A stretch of 64,000 nucleotides of DNA, from NCBI GenBank assembly GCA_038087875.1, contig CM075993.1, positions 4,218,001 through 4,282,000 on the forward strand, given 5' to 3'. The notes under the pieces are model-generated. The model saw only the letters and a program-made list of their open reading frames with translations. It did no database searches and had not been told where the DNA came from. Both the position numbers and the translations under genes were made by a program. This document shows positions 12,401 to 24,319 of this stretch, in pieces (within the stretch, counting starts at the first letter, position 1; each line of letters starts with the position of its first letter). Source of the DNA: Malacoraja senta (Eukaryota).

Positions 12401-15400
12401 GTGACATTATTAAATTTTTAAGACTTTGCCACACTGTAGTTCTCAATGAATTGTGTTCAGTTCCTGGCACCGTGTTAAAAGGAAATATGTTGTCAAGCTG
12501 GAAAAGGCACAGAGAAGGTTTACGAGGATGTTGCCAGGACTGGAGGGTCTGAGCTATAGAGAGAGGTTGAGTAGACTGGAACTCTATTCCTTGGAGCGCA
12601 GGAGGATGAGGGGGTGATCTTATAGAGGTGTATAAAATCACGAGTGGTATAGATCAGGTAGATCCACAGAGTCTCTTGCCCAGAGTAGGTGAATCGAGAT
12701 CCAGAGGACATAGGTGTAAGATGAAGGGGTAAAGATTTCATAGGAATCTGAGGGGTAGCTTTTTCCACACAAAAGGTGGTGGGTGTATGGAACAAGCTGT
12801 CAAAGGACATTGATGAGGATGGGACAATCCCAATGTTTAAGAAACAGTTAGCCAGGTACATGGATAGGACAGGTTTGGAGGGATATGGACCAAACGCGGG
12901 CAGGTAGGACTAGTGTAGCTGGGACATGGTTGGCAAGTTGGGCCGAAGGGCCAGTTTCACTCTCTGACTCCAATTGATTAACACAGACAAACTTTCAGAT
13001 TGCGACATGGAGGCAAGTGGGTTACATTTTAATGAATGCTATGAAAAGGGATTATCACGATTGGGGTCGGATTGTCTCTGTCCTGTGATCATCAAGTTAT
13101 GGTTTTGTTGTGCGCCTACACAGTAATCTTCCGGTGGTGGAGTGAAGTGAAGAATGCCAGGCTGAAGAAGGGTTCCGACCCGAAACGTTCTCCTGAGATG
13201 TTGCCTCACCCACTGAGCTACTCCAACACTCTGTGTGTCTTTGGTTCAAGTGGATGTAATGGTTACGTTTAGTGTAAACTTCCTCCACTCATAAAAGACT
13301 AATGGCCCTGTCCCACGGTACGAGTTCATTCCAAGAGCTCTCCCGAGTTTGCCCTGATTCGAACTCTGAGATTTACGGCAATGGCCACTCGTCGGTACTC
13401 GGGGCTCTCGTGGACATTTTTCAACATGATGAAAATCTTCACGAGTCTTCCCGAGCTTGCCTGCCGTTAGCAAGTCTTCCCGAGTACCTGCCGTTAGCGT
13501 TACCAGCCGCTAAGGGACGTCCTCGAGCTACGACGTACCCGCTACGTTCATTCTCCGTGCTTACCATGAGTTTGATTTTTTTTAAACTCGGGAGAGCTCT
13601 TGGAATGAACTCGTACAAAAAATAAAATAACAACTGCAGATTCAACAAGCACAGACAATGGAAAAAAGTATCCAGAGTGCGCTTTCGTTTAGCGCTCATT
13701 TTCTAGGAATGTGTCTGGAACTCCAATCGAGGTATTACCATGTAGGCACACAACAAAACATATACTTGAAGATACAAGCTACCGTAGATAAAACAGTTTA
13801 TGCAAAGCTGCAGAATAAAGAATGCAGTACAGGATCAGCAGCCAAAGGAGGGAAACAAACAAGTCAGGGAAAGTTTCCAAAGATTTGACACTACGATCTT
13901 AAAACGCTCGCCCATCTAGCCTGTCCACACATGCATCTCCATTGAAAATGATGGCCTAGGATTTTGTTTGAAGCAAAATGAAGAAAATACCTCAGCATAG
14001 GGCTTCTCTTCATCAATGACTACCGAGGAATCATTACATGAAATCAGTTTTGCCACCTCGCTGTCCAGTCCAACCTTCCCCCAGGCGTAGTGCTGCACGG
14101 CACATTTCAACGGAAACACTAGGGAGAAACAAAAGATTGTAAAGCTCTAATGGTCTCTGACTCGCAGTACAATACCCAAGTTTCCAAGAAGACACATGGA
14201 ACAAGGACAGCATGGTGGTGTGGTGGTAACGCTACTGCCTCACAGCGCCGGAGACCCGGGTTCGATCCTGACTACGGGTGCTTGACTATACGGAGTTGGT
14301 ACGTTCTCCCCGTGACCTGCGTGGGTTTTCTCTGAGATCTTCGGTTTCCTCCCACACTCCAAAGACGTACAGGTTGGAATCTTGAGTGAAACACAAAGTG
14401 CCGGAGTAACTCAACAAGTCATGCATCATGTCTGGAGGGAATAGACAGGCAACATTTCGGGTCGGGGCACTTCTTCAGACTGCATGTCGCATGTCCATTC
14501 CCTCCAGAGATGCTGCCTGACCCGCAGAGATACCCCACCACTTTGTGTTTCACTTAAGTCTCCGAGTTTAGTGTAGGTCACAGTAAACAAACCTCAAAAC
14601 ACAAGACAATTTAACTTTCCCAACAATTATGCATTTTAAAAATGGACACAGCACGATAAAATAGACATTAGAAAATTCTTACAGGGCAATTAGTTTGCAC
14701 GGAACTTTGGGGACCCACCATCCAGAACAGGTTGTAGTTTGCAATTTCATTGTACTGGTTACTTGTTATAGTTTAAAGCTGAGATTGACAATTTTTTTTG
14801 ATTAACCAAAAATATCGAGGAACATGAGGATTATGGCCTATTGATAATCTTGTTAAATAATGGAAGAGACTTACGTGCTGAATTGTGGATTATTGTTCCA
14901 ACATACCAAGAGTCTAGAGAGAGAGCAAGGTGTATATATTGTCATATGGTGCTGGCTCGAAGGGCCTACTCCTGCACCTATTGTCTATATACCGGAAACA
15001 GAACAATGAAATTCTTACTTGCTGCAGCTTCACAGTCCCATGAAGAACATGGAATTTGTTTCGAGAAAATGTATGGTGTTCGATTGGAACATGACGGGGA
15101 AGTTACTTGATTTGATGTTACAAGTAGCTACAGGTGTAGTGTGCCGATGGGACAAAACTTGCTGACTGATTGTAGTTGTTTGCATCGAGTCTTCTATTTA
15201 ACGCTGTACATTAAGGAAAGGGTCTTTAATTGTTTGCGAAGTAAATAAATATACAATAATGCAAAAAAAACTGATGCGGCAATATGAGGAAAGATTGAAA
15301 AGACTAGGCTTGTGTACACTGGAGTTTAGAAGGATGAGGGGGATCTTATAGAAACATATAAAATTATAAAAGGACTGGACAAGCTAGATGCAGGAAAAAT

Positions 15401-18400
15401 GTTCCCAATGTTGGGCGAGTCCAGAACCAGGGGCCACAGTCTTAGAATAAAGGGGAGGTCATTTAAGACTGAGGTGAGAAAAACGTTTTCACCCAGAGAG
15501 TTGTGAATTTATGGAATTCCCTGCCACAGAGGGCAGTGGAGGCCAAATCACTGGATGGATTTAAGAGAGAGTTAGATAAAGCTCTAGGGGCTAGTGGAGT
15601 CAAAGGATATGGGGAGAAGGCAGGCACGGGTTACTGATAGGGGATGATCACAATGAATGGCGGTGCTGGCTCGAAGGGCCGAATGGCCTCCTCCTGCACC
15701 TATTTTGTATGTAATACTAATACAAAGCAGGAGGAGGTGCGCAAGATGGAATATACCAATTGTCAAGTGTTTTATTGTCATATGACCCAGCTAGAACAAT
15801 GAAATTCTTACTGCTGACAAACTATTATAATGGTAAACAGGGCCAGAAATATTAAGAACGGGGACCCAGATGTGTGGGCACGGGGTAACAGTCGTGAACG
15901 CATGTTGTGTTGTTTCTCATTATGTGCTGATGGCGTCAAACAGCATGAAAACAGGCCCTTCGGCCCAAGAAAGAACGGCAATCAGATTTGTGGGCCGAAG
16001 TAACCATCTTCAACGTGTTTTATTAACTTGTTTCTCATAGTCATAATCATGTTTTGCAACATATGAGGAATTTGATTCGCTATCTAGTCATACCATTAAA
16101 AAGCAACAAAACACACAAAATACATTATGTAGTAAGAAAGAACTGCAGATGCTGGTAAAATCAAAGGTAGTCACAAAACGCTGGAGTAACTCAGCGGGTC
16201 AGGCAGCATCTCTGGAGAGAAAGAACGGGTGACGTTTCGGGTCGAGACCCAAGGGTCTCGACCCGAAACGTCACCCGTTCTTTCTCTCCAGAGATACTGC
16301 CTGACCCGCTGAGTTACACAAAATACATTTCTATGTCTGCCATATATTTTATGTGACTATATATGACATATATTCTGCATTTATAGTCTTCAGGTGTGGA
16401 AACTAGCCCTTCGGCCCAACATGTCCATACCGACCAATGTGCCTCATACAAAAGTTTTTAAAATGGAATTGCGCAGTATATATATAATTTTTTGGGATCA
16501 TCGGTCCTTCCTTTATGTGTGAACAGGGTGAGAGAAAAAATCACAGGAATTGACTTTGAATCAAAGATGGATTTCACAATTATTCTTTACCTGGACTGTT
16601 GGGGGAGCATTGGAATAGACAATAGACAATAGACAATGGGTGCAGGAGTAGGCCATTCGGCCCTTCGAGCCAGCACCGCCATTCAATGTGATCATAGATG
16701 ATCATCCCAATCAGTACCCCGTTCCTGCCTTCTCCCCATATCCCCTGACTCCGCTATTTTTAAGAGCCCTATCTAGCTCTCTCTTGAAAGCATCCAGAGA
16801 ACCTGCCTCCACCGCCCTCTGAGGCAGAGAATTCCACAGACTCACCACTCTCTGTGAGAAAAAGTGTTTCCTCGACTCCGTTCTAAATGGCTTACTCCTT
16901 ATTCTTAAACTGTGGCCCCTGGTTCTGGACTCCCCCAACATCGGGAACATGTTTCCTGCCTCTAGCGTGTCCAAACCCTTAACAATCTTATATGTTTCAA
17001 TGAGATCACCTCTCATCCTTCTAAACTCCAGTGTACAAGCCCAGCTGCTCCATAGAGATTGACAACTGCAGATATTCTCAGCACAAGAGGAATGAAAGCA
17101 AACGTGTACACACCCTGCAGTGATTGCGAAAGCAAATTTAAACGTATGCATCACTGGAAATGAATGCAAACCATCCTGCTAACCCAGTAGGTAAACACAC
17201 CACACAATGCCTGTCACCTGTCCAAAATCTCCCATCGGCCCATGATAAAAAAAACATGACAGAATTATAATTGTTAGTGAAAAACTGATTAAATGTCACC
17301 TTGACCAGCCTGAATTACAGGTAGGGGAAAACGGCCAAAAACTTAATTTTAAAAGCCTACGGAATACTTTTAACAGATCTGAGGATTCTAATACAATAAT
17401 CTCACTGTTCGGATTCATTCAGATTACTGCAAGACTCTGATAATCTGATTAATCCCCTTCAGCCCAACTTGTCCACGCTGACCAAGATGCCCTATCTGCG
17501 CCCCGACTCACTACCTCCATCCTCCCCAATTCACGGCCACGCCATTAACCTCACTGACCTCTGTCGCGCTCCACTCCATCCCCGACACCTCCCGTCACTC
17601 CCGCTTCATTCCCCCGCGCAGCGCCATCCATTGTTTGGGAATTCCGGTGGCTTAATGTCTGGCTCACTCATGGTTCGGTCGGTGTGAGCCAGCGTTCCGG
17701 GTGTGGGTTGCTTGTGTGCCAGGTGGTGGTGAGGGAGCCTGGCGTGCAAATAGCCTGCAGTTAACAAATAGCTAACTGTGCTCTGCTTGGTATCAAGGGA
17801 GGGCGGTAAAGGCTGCATGCCCTTACTATTGGGGGACCCATGGTGCATGTTGAAATGCTATTGTCTGGAAGGAGTGCGATGATGGTCACTTGGGATAAAG
17901 CAGGCATCTGCAGCGGTCTCCGTTGTTCTCCAAAGGGTCACTGACGGGCTGGGATCGTGCACAAGCAACTCAGAAGGGGGCACAGGGAGAGCAAAGTGTG
18001 CTGCTGTGGAAGGGGGGCTTGCACATACCAAATAAGTAGATGGTTACTCTTGATTGCCAAGAAACTTAATTTCATAAGGTATAGGAGTAGAATTAGGCCA
18101 TTCGGCCCATTAAGTCAACTCTGCCATTCAATCATGGCTGATCTATCTCGCCCTCCAAACACCATTCTCTTGCCATCTCCCCATAACCTCTGACACCTGT
18201 ACTAATCAAGAATCCATCTATCTCTGCCTTAAACTGTAACGGCCTTTATACTGCAACTGAAGTGAGCCTTTTACTGTTCTATCAGTCGGATCCTTGAACC
18301 TGTTCCCTTGCAACACAAGTGTTGGGGCGGGACAGCCGAGGGCTGCAAAGTGGATAGTTAGTCGGGATACAAGGAACGGTACCCCACAGGAACAGGCCCT

Positions 18401-21400
18401 CGATGCCAAGACAAACTCTTATCTGCCTGCATCTAATCCCTATCCTCCATTCCTCATGCATTAACGTTCCCACCCAAAAACCTGACTCAAATTCCCAAAA
18501 TGGATCAAGTTACACTGTAGAGTATTCACTTAAAATTAAGTGGTTATTTTTGATTGCAACCAATTATTCAAATCCTACAAGTTATCTCTTCTTCATTATT
18601 CCATTACTATTAACGGGGTACTAGTTGTCTATTAACGGGGTACTAATAGGGGACGATCAGCCATGATCATATTGAAAGGCGGTGCTGGCTCGAAGGGCTG
18701 AATGGCCTACTCCTGCACCTATTTTCTATTGTCTACTTCTCGCATGTATTTCCAACTATTTCACATTTTCATTTTTGTAATTATTGTCACATATTTTCTG
18801 TTTGCATGAAGCATGCTGAGACAGTTCAGATTACATTGAAGTCTTCAACTGTAACGTTTTATAAGCAATAAACGTTAATGCCTGAAGAGCTACCATTATT
18901 GTGATGCAGGACATTTGGCTGCCAATTCGCAAAATGCCTCCATTTATACCTTGAGCCTCTTCGGCAAGGCCAGCGGCATAATCAAGGACGTGTCGCACCT
19001 TGGCCACTCCCTCTTCTCCCCTCTCCCATTAGGCAAAAGATATAGAAGTGTGAAAACGCACACCTCCAGATTCAGGGACAGTTTCTTCCCAGCTGTTATC
19101 AGGCAACTGAATCATCCTACCACAACCCGAGAGCAGTGCTGAACAACTCGCAACCTCATCGGTATCCTTGATCAAACCTTGCTGGCTTAAGCTTGCATTA
19201 AACGTTATCCCTTTTCATGCATCTATACACTGTAATGGCTTGTTTGTAATCATGTATTGTCTTTCTGCTGACTGGATAGCACGCAACAAAAGCTTTTCAC
19301 TGTACCTCGGTACAAGAAATATTACTAAACAGACCAGATTAACAGGTTTTAAAGATGTTGCTTCAGGCAAACATTTCTAGCATATGTGGAAACATTTATG
19401 CAGCGGGCAGAGCTGCTGCCTCTCTGCGCCAGAGACCTAGCCCTTGGGTGCTGGCTGTGTGGAGTTTGCACCTTCGCCCTGTAACCACGTGGGTTTCCTC
19501 CGGATGTTCTCGTTTCCTCCCACATCCCCAAAACATGCTGGTTTAAGTTAATTGGCCTCAGCAAATTGCGCCTAATGTATAGGGAGTGGATGCGAAAGTT
19601 GAATTACATCGTACTAGTGTGAACAAGTTCGCCAAAAGACATGTTTTCTGAACTAAGCTAAAGAATAGAAACAAGGAACTGCAGATGCTGGTTTACAAAA
19701 ATAAGACGCAAAATGCTGGAGTAGCTCGGCTGTCTAGGCAGCATCTCTGGAGAACATGGATAGACAACGTTTTGTGTCAGGACTCTTCTTCAGACTGATT
19801 GTGTACTCTCGGAGGTGGTGAAGGGAGGAGCAGGAAGTGATACAAGGTCAAGGTGCGAGTTAAATAATTGAAGAGTTGCATATTGCAAACTAAACTAAAA
19901 TTGTGCCATGGGACCTTTTACATTCATTTAAAAAATAGTTGAAACCTGTTTAATATCTCATCCAGAAGGCAACGCCAATTCCTTCTCCACCACAAATGTC
20001 TACCTGGATTTAAATGCATCAAACTTTAGAGAGCACTATTGGTTTATCTAAAATAGTAACAAAATCCTGGAGTAACTCAACAGGACAGGAAGCATCTCTG
20101 GAGAAAAGGAATTGTCACTAGGAGAAAGTGACGTTTCTGGACGAGACCCTTCTTCAGATTGAGAGTTAAGGGAGACGAGAGATATGGAAGGGTACGGTGT
20201 GAAAATGACAGATCAAAGCAGAAGTTAATCCAGGAGTGGGTCGCAGCTCCCCAACTGATGGGACCTGTTCTCGCTCTCTTTGAAGGAGGCGCCGCCAGCC
20301 CCAGCGAATGCGGAGCCGACCTGTAATATGAGAGGGAGCATTTTCCCAGTCAGACTTTGTCGACAGTTGGGGTGGGGAGGAAAAAAGTGGGAGAGAGAGA
20401 GAGACCGCACAGTCGGCACAGTTTAATAACGACCCATTAAAATCCACCTTCGGCCACTCGGCAACCTGGGCCGATCTGATCTGACAGCCCTCTCGCTAGC
20501 TCGCCGCGTGCCCGATCCTAACGCAGACCTCCACAAAACCTTTGGGCTTCGGGTAACACGTGCACATAGAGCCTCTGCTAACAAGGGCTGGCGAATTGTG
20601 CTGGTCAACGTGCACTGGCCGAGATGGCTGGGGGAAACGCACCGCAACCACCGCAAACTTGGATCAGCACAGACCCTCCACTCAATCTATCCAATACTAA
20701 AGGGCAGGCATTTCACCGTTAAATGTCTTATACCGGATTGGCGGCTCCTTCACAGGGCCAACCCTGCACTCAGTTTTCCTCGGAGATTAATCTTTGCCTT
20801 AACGGTACATTCACACCGCCTGTAGGTAAAGCATCAGCCCACACCACACTGATACAGTCGCTGCTTGCCTCAGATTAAATATATTTTTACACATAAATTA
20901 TGAATAAAGATAAGTAAATGTTTCAAGCACAAGTAATATTTTCTTATTCCAGTAGCAAACACATTAGGGATAAAATGAAAATAATAAATTCTTTAACTGT
21001 TTGAATATCTCATAATTGCCGATTAATGAACTCAACTAGAACTGGGACACACAGTAGTGTGTGAACAGCAGAACAAGAAAGGAAGCTATTGAGTTGACAG
21101 AATTCTAGATTAATTCCTTAGTAGAATAATTAACAATTTATATACAGTTTATGCAGTGCTGTGTTGGCTTTTTTTAAAATCCCAAATGACCTATCTGAAT
21201 CAGAATGCTTTATTGTCATTGCATGTGTCACATGCAACGAGATTACTGTGTCTCTCCATTTAAAAGAACTTCAAACACTCACATACTCAAACTTTTTATA
21301 CTCCCCCCCCTCCCCAAACCCCATGGATTCACATTTACATAAATTAACACTGTCTCCCACCCCCCCTCCTTCCCCATAACCCGCTCCCGAGACAGAGTTC

Positions 21401-23602
21401 AGTTCCAAGATTGCTGATGGGTAAAAGCTGTTCTTGAGTCTGGCAGTACGTGACTTTAGCGACCTGTACCGGTTTCCTGAGGGCAGCAGTGTGAAAATGG
21501 AGATGACAAAGTGGGGTGGGGGGGGGGGGGAGGGGGATGGGGAGTATGAATAAAAGCTGGGGGGAGGAATGGAGAGTATGAATGAAAGCTGAGGGAGGGG
21601 TAGGTCAATGTCAGGAAGAGGACAAGGTGAGTGGGGGGAGGAAGAGGACAAGGTGGGTGGGGGAGGGAGAGGACAAGGTGGGTGGGGGAGGAAGAGGACA
21701 AGGTGGGTGGTGGAGAGGACAAGGTGGGTGGGAGAGGACAAGGGGGTGGGGAGCAAGACAGGGTGGGGGGAGAGCAAGACAGGGTGGGGGGGAGAGGACA
21801 AGGTGGGTGGGGGGAGAGGACAAGGTGGGTGGGGGGGAGAGGACAAGGTGGGTGGGGGGAGAGGACAAGGTGGTGGGGGGAGGAGAGGACAGGGTGGGGG
21901 GGGGGAGAGGACAGGGTGGGGGGGGAGGGGAGGACAGGGTGGGGGGGGAGGGAGGACAGGGTGGGGGGGGAGAGGACAAGGTGGGTGGGGGGAGAGGTCA
22001 AAGTGGGTGGGGGGGAGGAGAGGACAGGGTGGGGGGGGAGAGGACAAGGTGGGGGGGGGAGAGGACAAGGTGGGTGGGGGGTGGAGAGGTCAAAGTGGGT
22101 GGGGGAGGAGAGGACTGGGTGGGGGGAGGAGAGGACAGGGTGGGGGGGGGAGAGGACAAGGTGGGTGGGGGGAGAGGACAAGTTGGGTGGGGGGGTGGAC
22201 AATGTGGATGGGGGGTGGAGAGGTCAAAGTGGGTGGGGGGGAGAGGGGAGGACAGGGTGGGGGGGAGAAGATGGGGGGGAGAGGACAATGTGGGTGGGGG
22301 GGGAGAGGACAATGTGGGTGGGGGGTGAGAGGTCAAAGTGGGGGGGGGGAGAGGAGAGGACAGGGTGGGGGTGGAGAGGTCAAAGTGGGTGGGGAGAGGA
22401 GAGGGTGGGGTGGGGTGGGAGAGGACAATGTGGATGGGGGTGGAGAGGTCAAGTGGGTGGGGTGGAGAGGTCAAAGTGGGTGGGGGGGAAGAGGAGAGGA
22501 CAGGGTGGGGGGGGAAGATGGGGGGGGGAGAGGACAATGTGGGTGGGGGTGGAGAGGTCAAAGTGGGTGGGGGTGGAGAGGTCAAAGTGGGTGGGGGGGG
22601 AGAGGAGAGGACAGGGTGGGGGTGGAGGACAATGTGGGTGGGGGTGGAGAGGTCAAAGTGGGTGGGGGGGAGAGGAGAGGACAAGGTGGGGGGAGGACAA
22701 TGTGGGTGGGGGGTGGAGAGGTCAAAGTGGGTGGGGGGGAGAGGAGAGGACAGGGTGGGGGGGAGGAGAGGACAGGGTGGGGGGGAGAAGATGGGGGGGG
22801 GAGGACAATGTGGGTGGGGGGTGGAGAGGTCAAGTGGGTGGGGGTGGAGAGGTCAAAGTGGGTGGGGAGAGGAGAGGACAGGGTGGGGGGGAGAGGAGAG
22901 GACAGGGTGGGGGGGAGAGGAGAGGACAGGGTGGGGGGTGGAGAGGTCAATGTGGGTGGGGGGGTGGAGAGGAGAGGACAGGGTGGGGGGGTGGAGAGGA
23001 CAATGTGGGTGGGGGGGAGGACAGGGTGGGGGGGGGGAGGACAGGGTGGGGGGGGGGAGAGGACAATGTGGGTGGGGGTGGAGAGGTCAAAGTGGGTGGG
23101 ATGGAGAGGAGAGGACAGGGGGGGGGGTGGAGAGGACAATGTGGGTTGGGGTGGAGAGGTCAAAGTGGGTGGGGATGGAGAGGAGAGGACAGGGTGGGGG
23201 GGGTGGAGAGGACAATGTGGGTGGGGGTGGAGAGGTCAAAGTGGGTGGGGATGGAGAGGAGAGGACAGGGTGGGGGGGGTGGAGAGGACAATGTGGGTGG
23301 GGGTGGAGAGGAGAGGACAATGTGGGTGGGGGTTGGAGAGGTCAAAGTGGGTGGGGATGGAGAGGAGAGGACAGGGTGGGGGGGGGGGGTGGAGAGGACA
23401 ATGTGGGTTGGGGGGGGGCAGAACTCGTCCCCTCAAGGCATCGGATGAGAGGCGCGGGCACACATTGCCGCCGAAGGAACACGCCGCAGCTCCCTGCCCG
23501 ATGAGACACTTCATCCCCATACACAGTGGGTGAGAGCCGCCGTAACTAGTGACCTGACCGCTCTCTCTTCACGCAACCCTCACCTTTCACCGCCGCCGCC
23601 AT
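3215..23602 (-). CDS. MPI: Mannose-6-phosphate isomerase (type I PMI), 8 coding exons, about 421 aa after correcting two +1 indels in exon 8
   Basis: Spliced translation [21 protein letters not shown]...LWMGAHPKG...LSIQAHPNK...[11 protein letters not shown]...[30 protein letters not shown]...LLFRACCMQ* matches vertebrate MPI, including the Zn-ligand motifs. Exon phases are compatible at every junction. Confidence 0.96.
4135..4420 (-). mobile_element. CR1 LINE 3' fragment
   Basis: [28 protein letters not shown]. Confidence 0.8.
4957..5165 (-). CDS. MPI: MPI exon 7
   Basis: ccag|AT TGC ATA GAA...ATA GAG|gtatga; 209 nt; [23 protein letters not shown]...[12 protein letters not shown]. Confidence 0.95.
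5340..5785 (-). mobile_element. CR1 LINE 3' fragment
   Basis: Degenerate [11 protein letters not shown]...NFF region with CR1 tail. Confidence 0.75.
6489..6664. mobile_element. PIF/Harbinger-type MITE
   Basis: TIRs of about 30 bp (AAGGCTAGTCCCACTTGTCCGTCATTTGCG / CGCAAATGACGGCCAAGTGGGACTGGCCCT); TTA TSD. Confidence 0.82.
7274..7447 (-). CDS. MPI: MPI exon 6
   Basis: gtag|GT GCT GCA...TAT GGA G|gtgaga; 174 nt; [17 protein letters not shown]...[10 protein letters not shown]. Confidence 0.94.
8831..9010 (-). CDS. MPI: MPI exon 5
   Basis: gcag|AT GTC CCG GAG...GAA GAA G|gtttgt; 180 nt; [13 protein letters not shown]...[12 protein letters not shown]. Confidence 0.94.
9185..9475 (+). mobile_element. 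HE1/V-SINE-like SINE
   Basis: GGCGGCACAGTGGCACAGCGG head, GGTTTCCTCCCACAC core, GGGCCGAAGGGCCTGTTTCC tail. Confidence 0.82.
10265..10406 (-). CDS. MPI: MPI exon 4
   Basis: gcag|GAA CTA GCT...TTG AAA A|gtaaga; 142 nt; [47 protein letters not shown]. Confidence 0.95.
10809..10836 (+). ncRNA. Hammerhead-like core in a short Penelope-derived repeat
   Basis: CTGAAGA-A-GGGT-CTCG-ACCC-GAAA-CGTC. Confidence 0.55.
11415..11712 (+). mobile_element. HE1/V-SINE-like SINE
   Basis: Same family, B box GGTTCGATCC. Confidence 0.8.
11881..12081 (-). CDS. MPI: MPI exon 3 (ends at a GC donor)
   Basis: ttag|CTA TGG ATG GGA...CCG AAC AAG|gcaagc; 201 nt; LWMGAHPKG...LSIQAHPNK. Confidence 0.93.
12462..12965 (+). 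mobile_element. CR1 LINE 3' fragment
   Basis: Degenerate CR1 RT C-terminal coding region and GGGCCGAAGGGCC tail. Confidence 0.8.
13303..13616. mobile_element. PIF/Harbinger-type MITE with a truncated right terminus
   Basis: TAA then TGGCCCTGTCCCAC; GTACGAGTTCATTCCAAGAGCTCTCCCGAGTTT is inverted at about 13584-13616. Confidence 0.75.
13991..14118 (-). CDS. MPI: MPI exon 2
   Basis: ctag|TG TTT CCG...TAT GCT GAG|gtattt; 128 nt; [17 protein letters not shown]...KPYAE. Confidence 0.95.
15280..15712 (+). mobile_element. CR1 LINE 3' fragment
   Basis: Same CR1 C-terminal region and 3'UTR, inverted relative to 16616-17051. Confidence 0.85.
16186..16317. repeat. Near-perfect 65-bp-arm palindrome of a Penelope-derived short repeat
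   Basis: 16186-16250 is the reverse complement of 16253-16317 with one mismatch; 2-nt spacer. Confidence 0.9.
16616..17051 (-). mobile_element. CR1 LINE 3' fragment
   Basis: [19 protein letters not shown]...RTRGHSL...[14 protein letters not shown]; short tandem-repeat tail. Confidence 0.88.
21510..23420 (+). repeat. G-rich minisatellite in MPI intron 1
   Basis: 20-25-bp units GAGAGGACAAGGTGGGTGGGG / GAGAGGTCAAAGTGGGTGGGG / GAGAGGACAGGGTGGGG / GAGGACAATGTGGGTGGGG. Confidence 0.95.
23584..23602 (-). CDS. MPI: MPI coding exon 1 (MAAAVK+G)
   Basis: ATGGCGGCGGCGGTGAAAG|gtgagg. The phase-1 G completes GTG (Val) with exon 2. Lies in a CpG-rich patch next to a ZNF143-type motif. Confidence 0.85.
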
Positions 23603-23682
23603 CACCGCCCTCTCTGGAAGACGACGCTTGCTTGCGTGTGAGGTCACCATCATGCGTAATCACGTACAGTGCGTACCCGTGA

Positions 23683-23703
23683 TGCCTGCTGGGAGTTGTA
23701 GTC
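23683..23703 (-). promoter_or_regulatory. ZNF143/THAP11-type promoter motif of MPI
   Basis: GACTACAACTCCCAGCAGGCA on the minus strand matches the ACTACAnnTCCCA housekeeping motif, about 80-100 bp upstream of the MPI ATG. Confidence 0.8.
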
Positions 23704-24319
23704 GCATTCAGGAAATTTCAGTGTTATGAGAGAGTCAAAAGTCAAGATAGACACAAATTGCTGGAATAACTCAACGGGCCAGGCAGCATCTCTGGATAGA
23801 AGGAATGGGTGACCCGATACATCATCCATCCCTTCTATCCAGAGATACTGCCTGCCCCGCTGAGTTATTCCAGCATTTTGTGTCTATCTTTGGTGTTATC
23901 CAGCATCTGCAGCTCCTTCCTACACATCAATTGTCAAGAATGTTTTATTGTCATATGTCCCAGATAGAACAATAAAATTCTTACTTGCAGCAGCACAACA
24001 GAATATGTAAGAGAGAGTCAAGATTCCCACACTGATCTTTCTATCCTGGGCCTCCTCCACTGTCAGAGTGAGGTCAAACACAAATTGGAGGAACAGCACC
24101 TCATATTTCCCTTGGGAAGCTTACAACCCAGCGATATGAATATTGATTGTGTAGGTCTTGGGCAGAGCAGTTGCCAAATCAAATTGCAATGAATCCTGGT
24201 AGGATGCTTTCCATGTGAATAAAGAAACTGCAGATACTTGTTTAAACTGAAGATAGACACAAAATGCTGGAGGAACTCAGCGGGTCAGCAGCATCTCTGT
24301 AGAAATGGAACAGGGTTTC

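Noticed and set aside
17500..17960. GC-rich patch as an extra exon or promoter
   Set aside because: No homologous ORF or clear motif cluster; MPI exons 1 and 2 join in frame without it.
21271..23533. Long Gly-rich and Pro-rich ORFs (up to 641 aa) on both strands
   Set aside because: Products of a stop-poor G-rich tandem repeat; open in several frames, no domain content.
3215..23602. MPI as a pseudogene
   Set aside because: Only two homopolymer indels in one exon; all other exons, splice sites, catalytic motifs and the promoter are intact.
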